From Candidatus Wolframiiraptor sinensis (GTDB lineage: Archaea; Thermoproteota; Nitrososphaeria_A; Caldarchaeales; Wolframiiraptoraceae), in NCBI GenBank assembly GCA_023261815.1, contig JALNKA010000022.1, positions 1 through 13,765 on the forward strand: a stretch of 13,765 nucleotides of DNA, in the 5' to 3' direction. The notes beneath the pieces are model-generated. The model saw only the letters and a program-made list of their open reading frames with translations, did no database searches and had not been told where the DNA came from. The first letter of the stretch is position 1; every line of letters starts with the position of its first letter. The position numbers were made by a program, and so were the translations under genes. This document shows, piece by piece, positions 1 to 8,798 of this stretch.

Positions 1-162
1 GGTATCTATGTGGTTCATGCCGAGCTCTATCGCGTATTGGATGGCCTCGATGGCCTGCTTATCAGCCGAGTAATCCGGGGACATTCCTCCCCCAATTCCC
101 CACGTTCCCAAGCCTATCGCGGCTATTTTCTCGCCCGTTTTACCAAGCCTCCTATACTCCAA
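1..162 (-). CDS. Aldo/keto reductase, N-terminal 54 aa (runs off the left edge of the window)
   Basis: Manual translation from TTG at 162: MEYRRLGKTGEKIAAIGLGTWGIGGGMSPDYSADKQAIEAIQYAIELGMNHIDT. This is the typical AKR N-terminus (R.LG.TG, GLGTW, G.N.IDT). GAGGT SD-like motif upstream. Not in the ORF track. Confidence 0.92.
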   Translation of the reverse strand, partial: MEYRRLGKTGEKIAAIGLGTWGIGGGMSPDYSADKQAIEAIQYAIELGMNHIDT

Positions 163-250
163 GGCACAATTACCTCAAAGCAAGCTCATTGCCCGTTTTA
201 ATGAATTTTCAAGACTTTTCTCGGCTGGTCCGATTCCACCTCATACTTCG

Positions 251-265
251 CAAAGCCTATATTAT
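251..265 (+). promoter_or_regulatory. Putative BRE/TATA promoter for the 293 gene (leaderless or short leader)
   Basis: caaagccTATATTAT, with the TATA-like box ending about 28 nt before ATG 293. Confidence 0.5.
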
Positions 266-292
266 GAGGCACACGATGCGCGGCGGAGATTC

Positions 293-1221
293 ATGCCATC
301 AAGACTGGAGCTTTCATCGATTAACGCGCGGCGAGCCGCCAACTACATAATCAGCAAGAAAGGGAGAGATGGTGGATACCTCACTTATCAATATCGCGGA
401 ATATTCGACTCGAGCGTGGATGACACTTACTACGCCATCAAATCGCTTAAACTTTTAGGCTTGGATCCTCCTGAGCCCGAGAAGACGATCTCCTTCCTTA
501 GGAGCATTCAGAGGGATGATGGTGGTTATCCGAGCTCGGCGATCGCCCAGAAGACCCCCGCGGCGCATCCGACTATCTGATGCTAAAGCTCAGAAATGCT
601 CTAAGGAGAAAGGAGAAAAAGCGCGGCATGAGTAAGATCGCGAGAGCTGTTGAGGAGCTCCATCCAAAAATTGAGGGGGGCGTCCTTAAATCCTGGGATC
701 TGACTGAGAAGCTCTATAACATTGAGATCTCCTCAAGGCTCTCCGACCTGCATATGGTAGCTGAGGCCTTGGAAATCCTCGGTCGCAAAATTGATCATGA
801 AGAAAAAGTAAAGAGTGTTGTTCTTCTTTACAGGATGCAGGATGGCGGGTTTGGCTTAAACTACTCCTCCATCGATGAGACCTTCTACGCGCTAGTGGTG
901 TTCGAGAAGCTCGGATGCGACGTCGAAAAGCTCGGAGATACCGCGGCATGGGTGAAGGAATGCGAGGACCCACTCGGCGGGTTTAGGGTGATGCCCTCCG
1001 TCAAGAGAGCATATTTGCTCTCGCACCTATATTATGGTCTAATGTCCATGAGAATTCTGAGGCTTAAGCCGAAATATGTCCAGCAGCACCTCGAGTTCAC
1101 CATGAAGTGCGCTAATTATGATGGCGGGTTTAGAAACTCCGTGCACATCGGGCTGTCGAGCTTGGAGGCGACATTTTACGCACTATCGTCCCTCACGATG
1201 CTCACGGGGGAAGGATCATGA
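293..1221 (+). pseudogene. Prenyltransferase/squalene oxidase repeat (alpha-alpha toroid) protein, split into ORFs 293-580 and 580-1221
   Basis: Repeated [Q/E]xxDGG[Y/F]...S...T[Y/F]YA...L..LG units in both ORFs (RDGGY, QRDDGGY, QDGGF, PLGGF, YDGGF). The frame switches near 545-549 in the middle of a repeat. Confidence 0.7.
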
Positions 1222-1871
1222 AAGAAAGAGCACATGAAAAGCACATCCTCTACGCCCTCTTGAAGAATTCCTTAACCGACTTCGGCTGCCCCATTTGCAA
1301 GCTACTCTCCAGGAGGAAAGAAGAGTGGATTGGGAGCTTATTCCACGAGCTCGCCAGCGATGCCCATGTGAGGAGGAGGATTAGGGAGAAGGGGTTTTGC
1401 GCCCACCACCTCTGGGACATCATCAGGTATGTGGAAGCTAATCCGGGGATTGATGGGCTGACCACCTCAATAATTCTGCAAGACCTATTATCTTCTAAGA
1501 TCGAGCAGCTCGAAAGGGGCGAGATACCGAAACATCCTCATGAATGCGTGATATGTGAGATCTTGGAAGAGGGTGAGGAGATCTACATAAGCTCTCTCGC
1601 CGAATGGATTGGGGAACCGGAGATCCTTAACCTATTTCGGGGAGAGAGGCCCATGCTCTGCCTCCCCCATCTAACCGCTCTCCTGAGGAGGATGGGCGGC
1701 GAAATCGCATCAGAAGTCCTTAGAATACAGCTCGAGAAGATGAGGAGCATCGATTATAGGCTCAGATCCCTGATCAGGAAATACGATTACATGGTCGAGG
1801 AAAGAATAGCTGTTGAAGAGATTGAGGCGAAGAGGATCGCCGCTGAGATCCTGAGAGGAATGGATATTTAG
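1218..1871 (+). CDS. DUF6062-like protein with two CxxC...CxxH modules (putative Zn binding)
   Basis: GCPIC...GFCAHH and ECVIC...LCLPHL. ATGA overlap with the upstream stop suggests translational coupling. Confidence 0.75.
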   Translation: MKERAHEKHILYALLKNSLTDFGCPICKLLSRRKEEWIGSLFHELASDAHVRRRIREKGFCAHHLWDIIRYVEANPGIDGLTTSIILQDLLSSKIEQLERGEIPKHPHECVICEILEEGEEIYISSLAEWIGEPEILNLFRGERPMLCLPHLTALLRRMGGEIASEVLRIQLEKMRSIDYRLRSLIRKYDYMVEERIAVEEIEAKRIAAEILRGMDI

Positions 1872-1916
1872 GACTGGGATGCGCGGCCTATTTTTCGAGA
1901 TGGAAGCCGGCTACCT

Positions 1917-2504
1917 TTAATGAATCTTCTCCAAGTATTCCCTCACGCCCTCAAGGATGAATTGAATTGCTATCGCCGCTAGTAGCATGGCCATGATCTT
2001 CGAGATCACGCTCGCCCCAACCTCTCCCAGCATTTCGTGGATTGGAGCGGCGAACCTGAGTATAATCCAGGTTATGAGGGCGGCGAGTGTAACCGCCGAG
2101 ATCGCGACGATTATTCCGGAGGTCTTCAGTATGATTATCGTCGTGGTTATGGCGCCGGGCCCCACGAGGAGCGGGACGCCCAGTGGAACCGCGCCAGCCT
2201 GCTCCGGCTTATAGGCCTTGAGCTGGGTCTCAGTCTTGAGTAGGAGCTCGAACGCTAGGAAGAGTAGGAGTGCTCCTCCGGCGATCCTGATACTGTAAAG
2301 CTCTATGTCGAATATTCTTAGAACCCACTCGCCGAGCGTCGCGAATACTATGAGTAGGCTGAAGCCCGTGAGAACTGCCGTGTTGAAGATCCTCATCCTC
2401 GCGGCCTTATCTAGCCCACTGGTCAATCCGATGAATAGCGGTATATTTCCCAGGGGATCCATCACTATCAAGAGAGAGATGAGGGACTTCAGAAGATCCA
2501 TCAT
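1917..2504 (-). CDS. MarC family integral membrane protein (start probably ATG 2504 or 2501 rather than 2543)
   Basis: MDPLGNIPLF, RIAGGALL, AVPLGVPLLVGPGAIT and KIMAMLLAAIAIQFILEG are MarC signatures; about six hydrophobic segments. Confidence 0.93.
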   Translation of the reverse strand: MMDLLKSLISLLIVMDPLGNIPLFIGLTSGLDKAARMRIFNTAVLTGFSLLIVFATLGEWVLRIFDIELYSIRIAGGALLLFLAFELLLKTETQLKAYKPEQAGAVPLGVPLLVGPGAITTTIIILKTSGIIVAISAVTLAALITWIILRFAAPIHEMLGEVGASVISKIMAMLLAAIAIQFILEGVREYLEKIH

Positions 2505-2588
2505 AATTATTTCAATCATAAAGAAAGCTCTTATGAAACCCATTTATAGGCGTGGATTCAGCCGGCCACCCTCCCTATTGTCCAGTGC

Positions 2589-2843
2589 TTACTCTACTAG
2601 TGATGCGGCCTTAAGCCTGTTTATGAGGTCTAGTAATGGTTCCCTGACCTCATCGGCGCTCGTCTCGCTCAGGTTTGAGAACTCGGTTACGACCTCTTCA
2701 ACAGTCCTGCCGTCGCAAATGCTCCAGACGTATGCGACGATCTCATCAACCCTGTAAGCTTCATTCGCCTCATTAACCAGTATGAGGTTTCCTTCCTCGT
2801 CTTTGAACAGCTCGCCCTTACGCTTAAGCTTAACCTCCTCCAT
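2589..2843 (-). CDS. PqqD family / RiPP recognition element-like small protein
   Basis: 84 aa. Beta-strand N-terminus followed by Y.VDE...VWS.CDG.TVEEVV...F....EV...LL.L...L....LVE, matching the PqqD winged-helix pattern. Confidence 0.85.
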   Translation of the reverse strand: MEEVKLKRKGELFKDEEGNLILVNEANEAYRVDEIVAYVWSICDGRTVEEVVTEFSNLSETSADEVREPLLDLINRLKAASLVE

Positions 2844-2868
2844 GACGAAATTTATCCAAGCGGGTCCG

Positions 2869-2882
2869 ATATAAGCATTTCA
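2869..2882 (-). promoter_or_regulatory. Putative BRE/TATA promoter of the PqqD-like gene
   Basis: Minus strand tgaaatgcTTATAT, about 26 nt before ATG 2843 (leaderless spacing). Confidence 0.55.
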
Positions 2883-2926
2883 GAAGAATAATTCCGGCGT
2901 TATAACCCAGAATTCTGAAAAAATGT

Positions 2927-3790
2927 TCACCGCCCGCTTAATCTCTCCAAAAATTCCTTTGATATCTTGACCACCTCGCTCTCAGATATACCTAGAAGCT
3001 GATTTAACCCCATTCTGCTCTCGCTCAATTTTCTGATGAGCTCATATCCGAGATATCTGCCGGCGAAGCTTAAGCCCTTCACGGATTGATATGGCGAGTA
3101 GAATTGATCTACGAGCCCTTTCCGGGCGCCATCCAGGTAGCTGGCGGCCAGTTCGCCCATCCGCCTCCTGCATTCCTCGGCCCAATCCTCCTCCGCAATG
3201 CCGTGCCACGAGTCCTCGGCGAGTATCAGCTTCTCCAGGAACTGGGCTAATCCCTGGCTGTAAAGCCGGAAATACGGGTTTTCCTCAAGCTCGGCGTATC
3301 TCTCTGCTCCGCCTCTTTCCATGGCTTGGCGAAGCTGCCCTAAGCCGAATGCCAGAACCCCGCGAACATCCCGTTGATCGATCCACTTCAGCGTCGCTAG
3401 GGCTCCGAGACCGATGAATAGTGCCGCCTCATCGAGGATCGAGGCGATCCATCTAGACTTCCACCCCGATCCGACGTATATCGCGAAGATCGGCTCGCGG
3501 GGGAATCCGAGCCTCCTAGACGCCGCGGAGTATACATCCTCCAAGCTCTGGAGCGTGGTCATCCAGGCCTCGATCAGATCATGGATCACCGCATCAATTC
3601 GCCCGAGAACGCGCATGATCTCGGCTTGAAGGCGATCGAGATCGCGCCAGTAAGCTGCCTCGAAGATTAGTAGCTCGGGGTATCTCGAGGCATAGTTGTT
3701 GATCCATCCATGAAACACCTCCTCCGGATTCTTTCCCGAGTAATCCTTCCAGTAGATTATGAAATCTCTCATGCTGTCGATTATCCTCAT
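2927..3790 (-). CDS. Hypothetical protein resembling DUF2268/DUF5700-type putative Zn-peptidases, with a degenerate active site
   Basis: 287-aa ORF. IYVG.G, LFIGL, LYSQGLAQ and GRYLGYELI resemble the gluzincin-like layout, but no HExxH is present. Confidence 0.6.
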   Translation of the reverse strand: MRIIDSMRDFIIYWKDYSGKNPEEVFHGWINNYASRYPELLIFEAAYWRDLDRLQAEIMRVLGRIDAVIHDLIEAWMTTLQSLEDVYSAASRRLGFPREPIFAIYVGSGWKSRWIASILDEAALFIGLGALATLKWIDQRDVRGVLAFGLGQLRQAMERGGAERYAELEENPYFRLYSQGLAQFLEKLILAEDSWHGIAEEDWAEECRRRMGELAASYLDGARKGLVDQFYSPYQSVKGLSFAGRYLGYELIRKLSESRMGLNQLLGISESEVVKISKEFLERLSGR

Positions 3791-3846
3791 CGGCTGCCCC
3801 TACCTCCTATATGGTGCTGCGCGGGCTTAACTATGTTCCGGGGATT

Positions 3847-4956
3847 CTATAAGGGCTTCCAAAAGGCCTTCTCCTGCTTGAGAAGCCGTGGAAGCAGGTT
3901 GACCTCATCTATTATCGCGTCGGCGCCTCTCCGGATGAATATCTCCAGCGCGTAAGGGTTTGTGAGAACTCCAGTGAAGACCGCGTCCAACCCGCCCTCC
4001 CTGGCATTCTCGACTAGGAGCAGATCCTCCATGGAGTTTCCCACATACATGATTCGCTCCGCGCCGAGCTTTCTGGAGCACTCGATCAGAATTCTCGGAT
4101 CCGGCTTCTCGTACCTGCTGGGGGGCTCAGCCGCGAAAACGCTAGCCTTCAAGTCGAAGTATTCGAGGAAGCCGTTGAGCGCTTTCTCCGTCTCCCATCT
4201 CCCCCTACCCGTGGCCATCGCGAGACCCTTCGGAACGCTCTCAACGAGCTCCTCCAGCGTATTCCTCTCGATCAGCGGTTTCTCCCGGTCGATCAGCCCC
4301 CTCCATGAGACGAAACGCGGCCTTGCTCCATATCTCTCCTTAACACCATCCTCACCCAAGTAAACCTCATCGTAGAGAGTCGCGAGGAGGCCTGAGCCGT
4401 AGCCGGTGAGGGGGCCTAGAATGCTCCTCAGCTCCTGGATCTGCTTCAGCCTCCCCATCTTCTTGGCCTCGGCATCAATTATCTCCTCGAAATCACGTAA
4501 TGACATGAATTTTCCATAGAATTGTGATGCCTTCTCCAGGAGATATTTTAAGCCGCTTCTAGCGCATTCCGGCGAGCTCTTCTCAACCAGGCATCCCTCA
4601 AAATAGCTCTCGACATTCCTTATCTCGCCGATGTCATTGGAGATCCTCTGGGGGGGCTTATCCGCGCTCAGGATTATCGCCTGGATTAGGAGGTTCGTCT
4701 TATTCCAATCATTGTTGAATCCTCCGAGCATCTCGATCCTCGCTAGAACGTCGTTCACGTCCTCCCCCAGGCGGCATTCAAGCCCATAGAGTTTATCGAG
4801 GATTATGCAGGCCACCATACGATCGGCCAGGTAATATGATCCCGTAGAGTCCACGAGCGTTCCATCGCAGTCGAAGATTATCGCCTCGACCTCGCGCATC
4901 TTTTCATAGCTCTTCAGATGAATCATTACGCCATCTCCGAGAAGCTTGTAATCCAT
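3847..4956 (-). CDS. HAD superfamily hydrolase (subfamily IA, TIGR01548-like) with a large cap domain
   Basis: Motif I IIFDCDGTLVD, GGFNNDW, motif II ATGR, motif III KPDP, motif IV YVGNSMED. Confidence 0.88.
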   Translation of the reverse strand: MDYKLLGDGVMIHLKSYEKMREVEAIIFDCDGTLVDSTGSYYLADRMVACIILDKLYGLECRLGEDVNDVLARIEMLGGFNNDWNKTNLLIQAIILSADKPPQRISNDIGEIRNVESYFEGCLVEKSSPECARSGLKYLLEKASQFYGKFMSLRDFEEIIDAEAKKMGRLKQIQELRSILGPLTGYGSGLLATLYDEVYLGEDGVKERYGARPRFVSWRGLIDREKPLIERNTLEELVESVPKGLAMATGRGRWETEKALNGFLEYFDLKASVFAAEPPSRYEKPDPRILIECSRKLGAERIMYVGNSMEDLLLVENAREGGLDAVFTGVLTNPYALEIFIRRGADAIIDEVNLLPRLLKQEKAFWKPL

Positions 4957-4967
4957 GCTTGATCCTC

Positions 4968-7900
4968 CTATCTGCTGACCGCCGGGGCGGCTCTGATCGC
5001 CATAACTTCCTGGTAGAGCTCCTCAAGTATCTTCTGGTAGTCCGCTTTGCCGCTTTCGACGCGATCCATGTCTGCCTCAAGCCTCCTAGTGAGCTCCTCC
5101 GAGACGTAGTCCCCAAACCTCTCTATGAGGTATCGGTATACCGCTATGCCCTTCTTGGTCGCTATGAGCCTTCCATTTCTCTCTATCGCGTAGCCGCGCT
5201 CGAGAAGCGTCTCGATTATCTTGCTGTAGGTGCTTGGCCTACCGATTCCCCTCTCCTTCATCAGCGCGACGACATCTCCCTCGGTCAGGAGCCAGGCCGA
5301 TGGAACCTTTCTCATCTCCAGCCCGCTCACCGGATACTCGCCCGCCTCGACCCTATCAGCGATCCTGATTACCGGGTAGAACTCGAGAAAGCCCTTATCC
5401 AGGAGCTTCACATCCCTGGATAACTCGACGCTGTTGTCCAGAACATCCACCGAGATCCTTTGGGTGATTACCTTGGCTGGCCTGCACTGGCTCGCGATAA
5501 ACCTCCTGAAGATCAAGTCATACATCCTGTAATGGGTCTCGGTCAGCCTAGCAGCCGGTATCGTGATTAGCCCTATCCTGACGTAGTATCGGAGCTTCTC
5601 CGCATCGAGAGGCTTGACAGGCCTAATGCACTCATGGGCGCCCTCCATCCTGTAAGCCCTAGGCGCGAACAGGCTTGGATCTATCCTGCTCAGGTACTCC
5701 CTTGCTATACTCATTCCAACCTGGGAGACCGTAGTCGCATCCGTTCTGTGATACGTTATGAGGCCGGCCTCGAAGAGCTCTTGCGCCACTCTCATCGCAT
5801 TCGCCGCCGAGAGCTTTAGATATGATGATGCATCCCTTAGAAGTGAGTCGGTCGTATATGGCGGGGGCGGGTTGATCGTAACCTCCTCCTCGCCGAGTAT
5901 CCTGACTGTTGCCTTCAGCCTTCCGGCCTCCCACTCCCTTAAAACCTCTTCAACGTTTTCCGGCTCGAGTAGGTCGATGTAGAGGTTCTCGCCGAGCCTG
6001 ACTCTGATCATCATTCTCTTCTTCCTATAATCGATCGTTCTCTCGGCTATCCATCCGAGCACCGGTGTCTGGACTCTTCCAGCCGAGAGCCACCTGCTTC
6101 CGAAGCGCTCCCAGAGCTTTCTGCTAAGCTCGAATCCTATCCACCTGTCCTCGATCCGCCGGAGGAGCTGCGCCTCGACGAGGCTTATGCTCACGCTTCT
6201 CTTATTCTGGAGAGCCGAGAGGAGAGCTCTTCTCGTAACCTCGTGGAACTCCAGCCTATGGATGTTGGGGTTGAATGGCTTGATCAGGCACATGAGGTCG
6301 TATGCTATCTTCTCGCCCTCGGCATCCGGGTCCGTCGCCAAGTAGACCTCATTATACTGCTGGGCGAGCCTCCTAATGGCCTCGATTATCTCGATCTTAT
6401 CGAATATGTCGTCCGATCCGCATGAGGGGCACGGCCTTCCATCAGCCCACTGCTCCCCGCAGTTATAGCACCTCTTTATGACTCCATAAACCGGGATGAA
6501 TCTGCCATTCATATTCTCGACGCCGTGGAGCCCTCTCTCGGAGCCGGTGATCAGGTCTGTTATGTGGCCCTGTGTCGCGGCCACGCCCACGATCATCCCG
6601 CCTATCGCCGCCTCATAGATCGTTAGAGGGCCGATTCTCCTCCTGAAGGGCCTTCCGAAGAGATAGGCGATTGTCCTGGCCTTCGTCGGGGACTCGACGA
6701 GCATGAGAGCTGCCCTAACGAGATCCTTCACCCGGATCTCGACCTCTCCTCGCTGGATCTCGCCGAGGAGTTTCCGCTCCCTATCGATTTGCTCGAATAT
6801 GAGCTCGGCCTTCTTCTCGTCGTAGGGCTCAAAGTCCAGCTCCTCTATCTGGGCCTTGAGCCTGGATATGAGCCCCCTGAAGGCCCTGGCGTCGTCGACG
6901 ACCACGATGCTCGCGCCCTTCATGATCCCGTAAGGATATAGCCTCGAAGTCCTGCCCGATGCCTGTATGTAGCCGGTCGTATCCGGTATTATCAGCGTGA
7001 AGCCATCCCCGGCCTGCTTCAATGTTATGTCAAGATCCCTCTCGATCCTCTCCAGAAGCTGCGGGCTGAGGATCTTTCCAACGAATTCTCTCGCGGATGC
7101 TATCACCTCCTGCGCGTAGCCCTCAAATCCGTCGAGCTTCATGCCCTCTTCATCCGCCCTCCTTATCTTCTCCATCACATCCTTAGTCAGCGGCGTTATC
7201 TTCCTCAGCTTCGCTATAATCGGCTCGGACTCCCTCCTCGAGCGCTCATCCAGTATCGGCATTAGGTTCAGGATGAGTATCAGGAGCTTCGCGGGATTAT
7301 ACTCGGCCTTCTCGATCCTTATCTCCCTTCTCGGGACTCCGGCGAAGACCGCATATCTTATTCTCGATGGGAGATCTATTCCGCGCGTGAAGGGGCTTCT
7401 CGAAGACGCTATCCCGACCATCACGTCTATCTCGCCGCTCGCGAACTTCTGGAGAATATCCTGGCTCATCTTCCTGTATAGGTGGACTTTTATCCCAGCT
7501 TTTTCCAAGGCCTCCGCCACATTCTCGGCATATGATCTTCCAAGGGCATGCGGGATGAACACTAGGCATCCTCCACCATGCCTTTTCACGAGCTTCACGG
7601 TTTCCTCGATCGGGCTTCCCGCGGGCTCGACATAGAGGTCCTCGACGTTTCTCACGAGCTCCTGGAATCTCCCGACCTCGAAGTCTAGGAGCTGCTCGAA
7701 TATCATCATCCGCCTCGTCCTCCTTCCCCTGAGCGTCGCCCCCGCGACCACGAGTATCCCTCTCCTCCTCTTCCTCTCCTCCTCAACCGCCCTCGAAAGC
7801 CGCTCATACTCATCGGAGAGACCCTTCGACGGCGACCTCGCCAGCTTGATCCTGACGTCTATGAGCTTGAGCGCGAGATCCACCGCCTCGGGCCTAAGCC

Positions 7901-8597
7901 CGAGAAGGCCAATAGCCTTGTCAATGTTCTTCGGGGACTTGAGAAACGAGTCCACGTCATCGACGAAGACGAAGTCGAATGGCTTTATGCCCATGAGGAG
8001 GTCTCCGTGATCGATTAGGAACCTGTCGGTTGTTATCAGGATTATCGGGCCATCGTTCTTTTTCAGAGAATTGAGAACGTTCTCCCTCTCCGCCCTGCTA
8101 AGGCCGGCATGATAGAGCAGGAGTCCATCGCTGATCCTCAGCCCAAGCCTCTCCGCGAAGGAGATGGCCTTCTCATAGAGCTGCTGGACGAGGATGCTGC
8201 TCGGGACTATCACGTAGCATCGCCTACGCCTCGCCGTGTAGAGGTATAGCGCCATTATCAGGCCTAGGACGGTCTTGCCGACGCCCGTGGGAGCCACTAT
8301 GGCGAAGTTGTCGCCCGAGATTATCCTCTTTGCCCAGACCTCCTGAAGCGCCCAGGGCTCGAAGCCCAGAGCCCTCCTGAAAAACCTCCTAAACTCCTCA
8401 TACTCCAGCTGGATTCTCAGGTACTCCTTGAGCTTCTGGAGCCTTCCGGCTTTTTTCAGCACCTCTGCCGCCTCGATGAGGCCCGCGGCCTTCCCGGGCA
8501 GGCACTTCTCGCATACCCCGACCTCGATCAGCCTAGCATCAGCTATCTCCCCGCCGCAATTGCTGCACGCGAAATTGTATATGCTCCTAATCTCCAT
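4968..8597 (-). CDS. rgy: Reverse gyrase
   Basis: 1209 aa. N-terminal Zn finger (CSNC..CEKC), helicase-like domain (APTGVGKT, DDVD, QASGRTSR), topoisomerase IA domain (ESPTKA, second Zn finger CYNC..CPSC, DPDAEGE, SAGRVQTP, catalytic ITYHRTD, GIGRPSTY). Confidence 0.99.
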   Translation of the reverse strand: MEIRSIYNFACSNCGGEIADARLIEVGVCEKCLPGKAAGLIEAAEVLKKAGRLQKLKEYLRIQLEYEEFRRFFRRALGFEPWALQEVWAKRIISGDNFAIVAPTGVGKTVLGLIMALYLYTARRRRCYVIVPSSILVQQLYEKAISFAERLGLRISDGLLLYHAGLSRAERENVLNSLKKNDGPIILITTDRFLIDHGDLLMGIKPFDFVFVDDVDSFLKSPKNIDKAIGLLGLRPEAVDLALKLIDVRIKLARSPSKGLSDEYERLSRAVEEERKRRRGILVVAGATLRGRRTRRMMIFEQLLDFEVGRFQELVRNVEDLYVEPAGSPIEETVKLVKRHGGGCLVFIPHALGRSYAENVAEALEKAGIKVHLYRKMSQDILQKFASGEIDVMVGIASSRSPFTRGIDLPSRIRYAVFAGVPRREIRIEKAEYNPAKLLILILNLMPILDERSRRESEPIIAKLRKITPLTKDVMEKIRRADEEGMKLDGFEGYAQEVIASAREFVGKILSPQLLERIERDLDITLKQAGDGFTLIIPDTTGYIQASGRTSRLYPYGIMKGASIVVVDDARAFRGLISRLKAQIEELDFEPYDEKKAELIFEQIDRERKLLGEIQRGEVEIRVKDLVRAALMLVESPTKARTIAYLFGRPFRRRIGPLTIYEAAIGGMIVGVAATQGHITDLITGSERGLHGVENMNGRFIPVYGVIKRCYNCGEQWADGRPCPSCGSDDIFDKIEIIEAIRRLAQQYNEVYLATDPDAEGEKIAYDLMCLIKPFNPNIHRLEFHEVTRRALLSALQNKRSVSISLVEAQLLRRIEDRWIGFELSRKLWERFGSRWLSAGRVQTPVLGWIAERTIDYRKKRMMIRVRLGENLYIDLLEPENVEEVLREWEAGRLKATVRILGEEEVTINPPPPYTTDSLLRDASSYLKLSAANAMRVAQELFEAGLITYHRTDATTVSQVGMSIAREYLSRIDPSLFAPRAYRMEGAHECIRPVKPLDAEKLRYYVRIGLITIPAARLTETHYRMYDLIFRRFIASQCRPAKVITQRISVDVLDNSVELSRDVKLLDKGFLEFYPVIRIADRVEAGEYPVSGLEMRKVPSAWLLTEGDVVALMKERGIGRPSTYSKIIETLLERGYAIERNGRLIATKKGIAVYRYLIERFGDYVSEELTRRLEADMDRVESGKADYQKILEELYQEVMAIRAAPAVSR

Positions 8598-8717
8598 CCA
8601 AGCAGAAGATCCCTAAGCAATACTAAAAACCATTCCCTCGCGAGCGCCTTATCGCTAGATTTTTAAGCACCCTGGCACTTTTATTCTCCTGAGGTTCCCG
8701 GAAGGGTAAAGCTAAAT

Positions 8718-8776
8718 CCCGATGATGAGAATGACCTGCACGGATGCTAGATGAGGAGCATGCGCCTCTCTGAGGG
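8718..8776 (+). ncRNA. Box C/D 2'-O-methylation guide sRNA
   Basis: ccc-g-ATGATGA (C, 8722-8728), 12-nt guide, CGGA (D', 8741-8744), tgctag, ATGAGGA (C', 8751-8757), 12-nt guide, CTGA (D, 8770-8773), ggg. Canonical archaeal spacing with a CCC/GGG terminal stem. Confidence 0.9.
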
Positions 8777-8798
8777 GGCTTCTGGAGGCCGCTTTAAG

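Noticed and set aside
10-201. 63-aa + strand ORF
   Set aside because: Shadow of the aldo/keto reductase on the minus strand.
5822-5830. Other ATGATGA box C-like motifs (here and near 9483)
   Set aside because: They lie inside coding regions and have no properly spaced D', C' and D boxes.
4968-8597. Intein or split in reverse gyrase
   Set aside because: Length and motif order fit an uninterrupted enzyme; no intein splice motifs or LAGLIDADG blocks seen.
4959-8616. Antisense and alternate-frame ORFs over reverse gyrase (likewise over marC, HAD, rsmA and cgi121)
   Set aside because: Typical shadow ORFs in GC-rich coding DNA, with no motifs.
8751-8798. 16-aa N-terminal extension of the ubiquitin-like protein
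   Set aside because: It overlaps the C' box, guide and D box of the sRNA. GTG 8799 has an SD motif and matches the start of the beta-grasp fold.
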